Assembly (NCBI GenBank): GCA_963718525.1
Contig: OY970355.1
Coordinates: 2,848,001-2,912,000, forward strand
From: Candidatus Dormiibacterota bacterium
GTDB taxonomy: Bacteria > Chloroflexota > Dormibacteria > Aeolococcales > Aeolococcaceae
Length of the DNA stretch: 64,000 nt
Direction: 5' to 3'
Position 1 is the first letter of the stretch; each line of letters starts with the position of its first letter. Made by a program: the position numbers and the translations under genes. Under the pieces are notes generated by a model. It had not been told where the DNA came from, made no database searches, and saw nothing but the letters and a program-made list of their open reading frames with translations. Below, in pieces: positions 38,154 through 46,136 of this stretch.

Positions 38154-38226
38154 ACCGCCAAGTTAGGCGTCAGCGGATCAGGCTGAAACCGGGAAAACCC
38201 TACGCGTCCACCCGCCGGACCCTACG
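38154..38226 (-). promoter_or_regulatory. Activator-type promoter with tandem CGTAGGGT repeats (copy 2)
   Basis: CGTAGGGT-N14-CGTAGGGTTTTCCC-GG-TTTCAG-N17-TAACTT-N6-GTG; spacing identical to 8939-9011. Confidence 0.65.
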
Positions 38227-38255
38227 ATTGGAGGCTCGAGCAGGGCGACCAAGCG

Positions 38256-39101
38256 TCAGGGTGCGCCGACCTCAAGCAGATCCCACTCGACCGCGGCAGT
38301 CACCGGCACAGCGGCGCCCGACCACCGTTCGACGATGGTGTCGAGCTGATCGTCCGACCGCCATGGATCGTGGTGGAACAGGACGAGGCGGCCGACGCTT
38401 GCATGCACGGCAAGACCGACGGCGTAGTCCATGCTGGAGTGGCCGAAGTGCGCCCGCGCTGGGAATTCCTCGCTCGTGTACTGCGAATCGTGCAAGAGGA
38501 CGTCCACTCCATGAGTCAGCTCGACTGCCGCCTCATGGTATGGACCGAACTCTTCTGGGCCAGGACCCAGCACGTTCGGTGCGTGATCCGGCATGTAGGC
38601 GATTGACGTCCGTCCATCCGAGATCCGGTATCCGTAGGTGCGTCCGCCCTTATGGGGAATTTCCAGCGCGTGGACGTCGAACCCCTCGACGCGATGGCGA
38701 CCTGGCGCGAGATGCCGAAAGTCCCAGGCTCCTCGCATCTCGCGAGGCCGGATCGGGAAATGTGGCGGCGACATCGCGCGAGCGAGGATCTCCTCGGCGT
38801 CCCCACCGGGTTGCTCCGGGATGTAGAGGGCGGTGCGTGCGTCAGGGTTGTCCACCGAACGACAGAACGGAAGGCCGTGGGTGTGATCCCAGTGGAGGTG
38901 GGTCAGCAGGATGGCGCCGTCGAACGGTTGGTCCTCCAGCACTGCGGGCAGGCGGCGTAATCCCGTGCCCGCATCCAGGATGAGCCGGTACTCGCCGTCG
39001 TCCGACATCACCGCCACGCACGATGTTTGCCCTCCATAGCGGGCGTATTCGACGCCGGGCGCCGGGGTCGACCCTCTCGTGCCGCAGAGGCGCAACCGCA
39101 T
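38256..39101 (-). CDS. MBL-fold metallo-hydrolase (RNase Z/cyclic-nucleotide phosphodiesterase-like)
   Basis: GTRGS, YGGQTSC, DAGTG, THLHWDH, GHSS, FHHDP. Confidence 0.92.
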   Translation of the reverse strand: MRLRLCGTRGSTPAPGVEYARYGGQTSCVAVMSDDGEYRLILDAGTGLRRLPAVLEDQPFDGAILLTHLHWDHTHGLPFCRSVDNPDARTALYIPEQPGGDAEEILARAMSPPHFPIRPREMRGAWDFRHLAPGRHRVEGFDVHALEIPHKGGRTYGYRISDGRTSIAYMPDHAPNVLGPGPEEFGPYHEAAVELTHGVDVLLHDSQYTSEEFPARAHFGHSSMDYAVGLAVHASVGRLVLFHHDPWRSDDQLDTIVERWSGAAVPVTAAVEWDLLEVGAP

Positions 39102-39160
39102 GTGCGGACAGTATCGGACGCCGCCCTCAGGCTGTCGGAGGTGGGAACGCCTGTCAAGCG

Positions 39161-40012
39161 TCAGCGCATTTCGGGATCGCGCCCGGGCTCAGTCACATGG
39201 GGGCGCTGGCTCGCTCGCCCCGTCACCCGCAAATGCGTATCTGGGGCGATCGCATCCTGGAGGGCATCCACAAGGTCATGGAGACCTTCGACGAGCTGCC
39301 CGAGATCTCGCTCGGGATGAGATAGCTGGTCACCTTGTGGCCGCTCCGCTGACGACAGCCGCGGATCCCACGCTCCAGCCCACGACGGTGCGTCCTCGCC
39401 CCGCCCCCAGATTTCGGGTGGGTCGGCGGTACGCAGGTTGAAGCGGTATCGATTCCCCGACAGGTCGCCGCAGTAAGCGATGAGGTTGGCGCCAGGATCG
39501 TCAGCAACGACGGCGGCGCCGGGATCCAGGTACCCATGTGCCATGCCCACAGGGAGCATGTTGTTCGAAGGACTCGGCTCGAACGTGTCACCCGGTGCCA
39601 GATGGATCGGTCCCGAGAAGCCCTTGGCCTCCGATCCGGCGGAGCGGTACAGGTGGCCGCCCGCAAGCATCCAGACGATGAAGTTGAGCGCAGAACCATT
39701 GCCGACATTGCGCACTCGCACAGCCGCCCACGGCTGCTCGCGAATGCCGAGCGGCGGCTCGTCGAGAAGGACGAGGAGCGGCCTCGCAGCGATGGCGCCC
39801 TCGCGGCGCATCTCGCCGGCGAGGTCGCGTGCACCTTCCGCATGCTGTTCTGCGGTCTCGAGCAGCGTCGAGTTCTGATCGACAAGACGCCTCAGTTCGA
39901 CACTCAGGAGCCGAATATGGTGCCCCAGGCGGGCCACCACCACGGCGGTGGCGATGACCGCGAGCCCCACGACTCCGACCGTGATCGCCTGGATGATCGC
40001 AGTCTCGGTCAT
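39161..40012 (-). CDS. Hypothetical protein (TM, coiled coil, beta domain)
   Basis: N-terminal TM, ARPLL..., VRNVGNGSALN; TACACT-N6-ATG. Confidence 0.7.
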   Translation of the reverse strand: MTETAIIQAITVGVVGLAVIATAVVVARLGHHIRLLSVELRRLVDQNSTLLETAEQHAEGARDLAGEMRREGAIAARPLLVLLDEPPLGIREQPWAAVRVRNVGNGSALNFIVWMLAGGHLYRSAGSEAKGFSGPIHLAPGDTFEPSPSNNMLPVGMAHGYLDPGAAVVADDPGANLIAYCGDLSGNRYRFNLRTADPPEIWGRGEDAPSWAGAWDPRLSSAERPQGDQLSHPERDLGQLVEGLHDLVDALQDAIAPDTHLRVTGRASQRPHVTEPGRDPEMR

Positions 40013-40290
40013 GGAAAGAGTGTAGCCAAAGGGACGAGTGATTTTGGGAGCACTCCCCCAGCAGCGCGATGCTACCTTGGGTTCGAATCAGCTGTCCTGA
40101 GCATGCTCGGCGATTCCGGTGCAACCGTCATGGACCCCATTGGTCGCCGCCGTTGGCGAAGCAGGTACTCAGTACCTGGCTGCAGTCGCACCTCCGCCGA
40201 CCGCATGACAGCAACGTACGAGCGCACGGACGTGGATTCGGCGGTACTCCTTTCCGTCACAGTGCGGAAAACGCAGCTAAAGTCACGCGT

Positions 40291-41052
40291 ATGGGAAGAG
40301 TCGTGATGTCGCGGTGCCGAGTGACCACTCTGGCAGTGCTCGCTGTCGCATTTGTCACGGCCTGTTCGCCGGCGAGCGCGCGCCCGAACCCAGCTGCAAC
40401 CACCCCGCCGCACGCCAGCATTTCGGCCGTCGCGTCGCCCATCAGCGTGCTCGCGCGAGTACCTCCAACCGGCTTGACAAAGACCGTCTACCTCACGTTC
40501 GACGACGGTCCAAATCCCACGTGGACCGCGGAGATTTTGGCCCTTTTGGAAGCAAACCAGGCGCACGCAAGCTTCTTTGTGGTCGGCATTAATGCTGCCG
40601 CATGGCCCTGGCTGGTTCAGCGTGAGGCACGTGATGGCGACACCGTTGGAGACCACAGCTGGTCGCATCCGAATCTCGCCGCCTTGTCGATGGGTGCGGT
40701 CAGCGCCCAACTCAGCCGGGACAAGACCCTGATCACGCTGCTCACGGGCACGGCACCCACGCTGTGGCGGCCTCCCTATGAGGCGTTCAATCCATCCGTA
40801 CTGTCAATTGCCAAGGGGTTGGCGATGAAGATGCAGTTGTGGAGCACCACGACAGGAGACTGGCAGCTTCCTGGAACCGAGGTGATCGTGTTGCGGGTGA
40901 TGTCGGCCGTGCACAACGGCACGGTCGTGCTGTTTCACGACGCAGGGGGCAACAGGAGCGAGACCGTGGCGGCGATCGCGATTCTCATACCTGAGCTGGA
41001 AGCGGCAGGATACCGGCTCGCAGCGCTGCCGGTGCAGGGAATGGGCTGGTAG
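40291..41052 (+). CDS. Polysaccharide deacetylase (CE4/NodB) lipoprotein
   Basis: Lipobox VTAC, LTFDDGP, HSWSH, RPPY, LFHD. Confidence 0.93.
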   Translation: MGRVVMSRCRVTTLAVLAVAFVTACSPASARPNPAATTPPHASISAVASPISVLARVPPTGLTKTVYLTFDDGPNPTWTAEILALLEANQAHASFFVVGINAAAWPWLVQREARDGDTVGDHSWSHPNLAALSMGAVSAQLSRDKTLITLLTGTAPTLWRPPYEAFNPSVLSIAKGLAMKMQLWSTTTGDWQLPGTEVIVLRVMSAVHNGTVVLFHDAGGNRSETVAAIAILIPELEAAGYRLAALPVQGMGW

Positions 41053-41113
41053 CGCGGCACCCTGAGTGGGGCTTGCCGCCCACACCCAGAGCGCCGTGCC
41101 GTCCTAGCTGAGG

Positions 41114-42184
41114 CTAGGGGTAGGAGATCACGCAGGCGCCCTTGCCTGCGTTGGACAGGTTGCTCCAGAGCGACTGCACTGCGAATGTACCGGTGGAGAG
41201 CGTGATGTCGGCCGCGCCACCGGGCGTGCCGGGCTGGATCCACGCACACTTGTCACCGTTTTCGCCGCCAACGGGCTCGAACCACCCGCCGGATGTCAGG
41301 TTGGTCGCGCCGATCGGGGATTGCGGCCACTGATCGGTGAGCGTCTCAGCGTACTCGTGGCCCTCCACGATGCTGAAGCCGTCAAGCACGCCCGGCGTGT
41401 TGACGAAACCCGTGCCGCAGTTGGTCAGTTGGTCGCTCACATACGGCATGTTGGTGAAGGCGAGGTTGCCGCGCGGTGTGGTCACGGCGATGTCCTTGCC
41501 TCGCGTGAAGTCGTGCCACGCGCAGAAGCCGGACGTCGGAAGACCGAAGCCGCCCGGATGCGTCCCGGTTGGGCTGACGATGACGTACTGCACCGACGTG
41601 TTCGACGCCGGGGTCTTGTTGCCGAAGTGAACCGCCGCCCTGTCAGCCTCCTGGCCCAGTTGCTTGTTGGTCGCCTCGACCGGCGTCAGCGCCGAGACGT
41701 CCGCCCACACCCCGGCCAACGCCGTGGTCGCGGGGTGGTGCACGAATGTGGCCGTCGGGGGGCACGTCGTGGAGTTCTTGGCAACGCCCTGGCAATACTG
41801 CGTGGTGGACGTGCTCCATGTGTCCTGCGAGCCAAACAGCCCGCGGAGGAAGTTCTGCAGATACGGCGCCGCACCGACGGGATCGTTGCTCAACGTCACA
41901 TTGGGCCCCGATTGCCCGACGGTTCCCCACTGCGAGCCCCAGAACACGAGGTAGACCTTGGGGTTGACCTCGACGCCAACACCTTTGGTGCCGCCGTAGT
42001 ACTTGAGCAGTGCCTGGCTCGCGGCGAGGTGCGCGTGGGCTTGACCCAACGCGGACGCTGGCGCTCCGGAGGCGACGGGTGCGGCGCCGACAGGCGACGC
42101 CGGCATGACACCGAGAAACACGGATGCCGTTGCGGCCACAGCGGCAGCGGCCGCGCCTCCCGTTCGGCGGTACGGATTCGTCAT
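41114..42184 (-). CDS. Secreted protein resembling the Phi-1/EXORDIUM-like family
   Basis: Signal peptide, YYGG, VYLVFWG, FCAWHD, HEYAETLTD, GW..ENGDKC, AVQSLWSN..C. Confidence 0.75.
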   Translation of the reverse strand: MTNPYRRTGGAAAAAVAATASVFLGVMPASPVGAAPVASGAPASALGQAHAHLAASQALLKYYGGTKGVGVEVNPKVYLVFWGSQWGTVGQSGPNVTLSNDPVGAAPYLQNFLRGLFGSQDTWSTSTTQYCQGVAKNSTTCPPTATFVHHPATTALAGVWADVSALTPVEATNKQLGQEADRAAVHFGNKTPASNTSVQYVIVSPTGTHPGGFGLPTSGFCAWHDFTRGKDIAVTTPRGNLAFTNMPYVSDQLTNCGTGFVNTPGVLDGFSIVEGHEYAETLTDQWPQSPIGATNLTSGGWFEPVGGENGDKCAWIQPGTPGGAADITLSTGTFAVQSLWSNLSNAGKGACVISYP

Positions 42185-42511
42185 TGACCTCTCTCCTCTA
42201 TCTGGACGGGGCAGCGCTCTGAGAACGCGTCAGTCGCTCCTCTACGAGGACTGTACACGGCAGGACCACAGAGAGCCAGCCTGGGACGCGCTGACCGCTG
42301 GCTGAAGTTAGCGGGCTGCGCTGATGAGCGGTGTACTCGTCCCGACCCCCAGGCGGCGAATTCGCTCCGAGCAGCCGCTCGGCAACTACTCTAGCGCCTC
42401 ACTTGGGCTGTACCTGCCGGCGCTGACGCCACGGGCGACCTCTGCACTCGCGCCGCCAGCCTGTGGTGTTACCGCGCCGGTCCGTCCGCACGTGTCGTGC
42501 ATGATGTCGCG

Positions 42512-43249
42512 GTGACAAGTACCTTGTCGGCCGCGCCCTCGTGGTCCGACATCGCTGAAAGGCTGACCGATGCGCTCCACCCGCTTGCGGCCCCGGTCGC
42601 TATCACGTTCCACGACGCGCCGCGCGAGGATATCCCCGCGTTCGGGGACGCGATGCCGGAGCCGATGACGGACGGGCGCACCGGCCGCGTCTCGGCCGGA
42701 TGCGTGTTCTGGATGCACGCTGCGGAGCGAACCTTCACCACTTCACCGCTCGATCATGGCAACTGCAGCGTGGGCAGTTATACCCATGGGCTGCTCAGCC
42801 TCGACGAAGCAGCCACCAACACCGATATCGGCGCTCTCGTCGAGTCGGGCTGGGTGAGTCCGGAGGTATTTGCGAGCATCCCGGCTGTCACCACACGACC
42901 CGCGTTCATCGCCTACGGTCCGCTCGCCGAAACCCTCACCAATCCGAGCGTCATCCTGCTGCGCCTCAACGCGCAGGGAATGATGATCGTCACCGATGCT
43001 CTCCCGGAGCTTCGGATCGAAGGCAAGCCGCAGTGTCACATCATCGCGGTGGCGCATGAGCACGGCCGGGTCGCTGCAAGCGTCGGTTGCGCTCTGAGTC
43101 GCGCGCGAACCGGAATGGGTGCTCACGCGCTGACATGTGCCATCCCGGGCGCGATGGCCGCAGACGTCACCGCGCGCGTGGAGCGAGCTGCGGGCGTCGA
43201 TGCGACAGTGACCCGCTACGCGGCCACCGACGCTCGGCGTTTCCGTTAG
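42512..43249 (+). CDS. DUF169 family Cys-rich protein
   Basis: PVAI, AGCVFW, HGNCSVG, YGPL, PQCH, SVGC.LSR.RT. Confidence 0.85.
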   Translation: MTSTLSAAPSWSDIAERLTDALHPLAAPVAITFHDAPREDIPAFGDAMPEPMTDGRTGRVSAGCVFWMHAAERTFTTSPLDHGNCSVGSYTHGLLSLDEAATNTDIGALVESGWVSPEVFASIPAVTTRPAFIAYGPLAETLTNPSVILLRLNAQGMMIVTDALPELRIEGKPQCHIIAVAHEHGRVAASVGCALSRARTGMGAHALTCAIPGAMAADVTARVERAAGVDATVTRYAATDARRFR

Positions 43250-43284
43250 GGCGCAGACAGACAGAATTATCTGCGCTGGTTTCC

Positions 43285-43859
43285 GTCGGCCCGCGGAGGT
43301 GGGGCGAGTGGATCCAACGCTCGGTCCGGACCAGCCGCGGGGGGATCGGCCGGCACCGTCGCCAGCGTGGGCACCGGGAGCTTCACCCTCACGACGTCCG
43401 CGGGGCGGAAGGTGACCGTCGACGAGGCGTCCTCGACGGCTTACGAGAACGGCTCGCGCTCGACCTCGTCGAGCGCAATCACCACCGGCGAGAGCGTCCT
43501 CGTCGTTGGGACGACGAACGGAACGACGATCGCGGCCGCGCAGGTCGTGGTGCAATCCACCGGTGCCACGCCTGCAACCTCCGCTGGGGCAGGGGTGATC
43601 CCCTTCCAGCAGGGTGCCGCAACAACGTCGAAGCAGGTCGGTCAGATCCCGGCCAACTACAGTCAGGGATCAGGAACAATCGTCAGCGGAAGCACCACGT
43701 TATGACGCGACCGAAGCTGCGCTGGCCGCTTACCCCGGTGGCATCGTCGATCGTGTTGTGCAGCTGAGCAATGGGGAGTTCGAAGTCCACCTCATCGGCG
43801 TCAACTGGCCGCACCATATCTTCGTGACCCAGCAGTTCAAGGTGGTCGGCGCGAACTGA
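43285..43859 (+). pseudogene. 5'-truncated, frameshifted secreted-type protein (DUF5666-like plus PepSY-like)
   Basis: SNARSGPAAGG..GTV...SFTLTTS..KVTV; frame change near 43700 into ATEAALAAYPGGIVDRVV...WPHHIFV. Confidence 0.65.
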
Positions 43860-43963
43860 CAAGGTCGCTCGGATCACAAGACGACGTGCGACCAGGTTGG
43901 TGACGGCAACTCCTGGGGCGGGACTGGCGACGACGCCAAGGTCGGGCCACTAGGATGTGCGAG

Positions 43964-44506
43964 ATGAGGCGCACCGTCACGATTGCCCTCGGCGTTGCCT
44001 CAGTGCCGATCGGGGTCGGGGTCGGTCTCTGGACAGCTCTCCTGACGTCTTTGCCGTATTGTCCCGCCAGAGGCTTGGGAACGCTCGACCTTTGTGCGGC
44101 GCGGCCCATCTTCGACCAGCGATTCAGCGTTGCATGCGGTGCAGCCGCCGCCGTTGTGGTGCTGCTGGCGGCAATCCTTGTGCGCCACGGCTCACCGAAG
44201 GTTGCTGTCGCTGATCTTGCCGCTGCTGCGGCCGGCACATTGATCGGCCTCTGGACGTCGACGATCGTGTACCAGCCCTGCGGGCAGCATCAGCTTTGTC
44301 TCGGCTCCCTCGAGCAGCGCTTCACCGTATGGCAGAGTGCCTGCCTCGGCGCAGCCGTAACGGCGGTCATCGTGCTGATCGGCGCAGCCGTAAACGAGGG
44401 ATTCCAGCGCGGCAACCTCGACGCGGTGCGGAGGATCAAGCGCTGGCTCTTCGCGGACCTATCGAACGTCACCCCGATCGATCGGCCCCGTTCCCATCCT
44501 GACTAG
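43964..44506 (+). CDS. Hypothetical membrane protein with internal duplication
   Basis: Two units GLWT...C..LC...QRF..AC/G AA; TAGGAT-N7-ATG. Confidence 0.7.
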   Translation: MRRTVTIALGVASVPIGVGVGLWTALLTSLPYCPARGLGTLDLCAARPIFDQRFSVACGAAAAVVVLLAAILVRHGSPKVAVADLAAAAAGTLIGLWTSTIVYQPCGQHQLCLGSLEQRFTVWQSACLGAAVTAVIVLIGAAVNEGFQRGNLDAVRRIKRWLFADLSNVTPIDRPRSHPD

Positions 44507-44579
44507 TCAACGACCTGTCCCACCCGCCGATCACCGGTGACTGCGACGGCCGCGCGATCGGTCTGGCAGAATCGCGACT

Positions 44580-46136
44580 GTGAGCGCTCGGGACGGGAGG
44601 CGACTGCTCAAGGCTCGATGGGCGCTCGTGGGGCTGCTGATCGCTTTCTTCGTGGCGAACGATCTCACGGTCGCTGTGACACAGCTCATGACACCACACG
44701 CAGGGCGTGTTGACTTCCACGTGTATTTCTCCGCAGCCCAGGCACTCGCGCACGGGCGATCCCCCTATATCTCTCCACCAGCGTGCTGCTTCAACCCGCG
44801 CGCCATGATCGGGTACACGTATCCACCGCTTTTCGCCTTCGTCCTCATCCCATTGACGCGGCTCTCCTTTGATGATGCCGGCCGCATCTGGCTCGCCGTG
44901 AATTACGTGTCGCTCGTTGGAATGTTCCTGATTGGCGTGAGAATCGCACGTCCGCGGCTCTCACGGGAGATCATCGCGTGGCTCGCTTTGGCGATGCTGG
45001 CCAGTCCCCAGATTGGCGCTGCCATGTACGGCATCCAAGTGGATCCGTTCGTGCTCCTTCTCGAAGCGGTGTTTGCCTGGAGTGTCGTGGCCAACCGCGC
45101 ACCGGCGGTCGGCGGCGTCGCGCTGGCACTGGCGGTGTGCATCAAGATCTCGCCGCTCCTCATTGCACCCGCCATCTTCCTGCTCCCGCGCGAGCGCGCA
45201 CTCCAGGCGCTCGGGGAACTCGTGAGCGGGCTGGTTGCGGGCGGACTCGCGATGCTGGCGATCTCCGGCGAGACTGTCTACTACTTCACGCACGTGCTTC
45301 CGAGCTTCTCCGGTGGACTCGTCACTCAGTGGGACCGCTCGCTTCCCGGGGTAGTGCTTCGGACGCTCGGCAGCCAAGGGCTGCATCCGGCAGGCGGTCT
45401 TGGTACCACGTTCCTTGCACTCGAGCTTGTCGCCCTCCTCGGCGTGTGGGTCGCGTGCTCTCGGGTACCCGGGGCTCCGGGTCGTGTTCTGACCGTGGCC
45501 GGTCTGCTCAGCGTGGTGCCGATCTTCCAGGGGGTCACCTGGGATCACCACCTGATCGTCGAGATCCTGGTCCTCATCCTCCTGGCGCCGCTGCTCCGAG
45601 CCGGATCGCTGGCCTGGATGCTTGCCGTGGGCGGGGTGTTGCTGAGCGGCGTCAATCAGCAGATCGTTGACCGATGGCTCGCTGCACGCGGTCTCGAGCC
45701 TCCCCACGGCTCGGCGCAACTGATCCTGTTCATCGCCGCGGCATCAATCGATTTGCTCGGCATGGTCGCCACGTTGAGCGCAGTGCTCGTGCTCGCGCGG
45801 CGGCTTTCCCAGCGTGACCCCGCCGGGCGGCGCACTCCCCGCCTGCGGCCCGATCCTGGGCGGCACATCCAGTCACGCGTGTTACAGGTCCTGGGGCGCC
45901 GCGCGCGGAGCCGGCTCAGGTTGGACTGGGCTTCAGAACAACACTCATGGTGGCGCTCACGGCGCACGCGATGGCCAGGGATGCCGAGCGCGAGCTCGCC
46001 GCCGGTTCGATGCCTACGTCACCAAGCCGATCGACATCGCTGCACTGCCAACACGCTCACGCGCTCTCCTCACTGCGGCGACGTAGCCGCTACGCGATCG
46101 CCACAGCCACGGCGGGCAGCATTCTCCCTCGAGTGA
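44580..46136 (+). CDS. GT87/DUF2029 glycosyltransferase; the tail after about 45815 is probably read-through
   Basis: VDFHVY, YTYPP, IKISP, TWDHH; multi-TM; Arg-rich non-conserved tail. Confidence 0.88.
   Translation: MSARDGRRLLKARWALVGLLIAFFVANDLTVAVTQLMTPHAGRVDFHVYFSAAQALAHGRSPYISPPACCFNPRAMIGYTYPPLFAFVLIPLTRLSFDDAGRIWLAVNYVSLVGMFLIGVRIARPRLSREIIAWLALAMLASPQIGAAMYGIQVDPFVLLLEAVFAWSVVANRAPAVGGVALALAVCIKISPLLIAPAIFLLPRERALQALGELVSGLVAGGLAMLAISGETVYYFTHVLPSFSGGLVTQWDRSLPGVVLRTLGSQGLHPAGGLGTTFLALELVALLGVWVACSRVPGAPGRVLTVAGLLSVVPIFQGVTWDHHLIVEILVLILLAPLLRAGSLAWMLAVGGVLLSGVNQQIVDRWLAARGLEPPHGSAQLILFIAAASIDLLGMVATLSAVLVLARRLSQRDPAGRRTPRLRPDPGRHIQSRVLQVLGRRARSRLRLDWASEQHSWWRSRRTRWPGMPSASSPPVRCLRHQADRHRCTANTLTRSPHCGDVAATRSPQPRRAAFSLE
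45830..46075 (+). pseudogene. Degraded single-domain CheY/DivK-like response regulator
   Basis: Fragments in shifting frames: LRPD, VALTAHAMARDAERELAAG, FDAYVTKPIDIAALP. Confidence 0.7.

Noticed and set aside
40080-40089. GGTTCGAATC, resembling a tRNA T-loop
   Set aside because: No T-stem, acceptor stem or cloverleaf in the flanks
42185-42500. Long intergenic regions here and at 40013-40290 and 16443-16653 as riboswitch candidates
   Set aside because: Only short GC hairpins; no recognisable aptamer consensus or terminator
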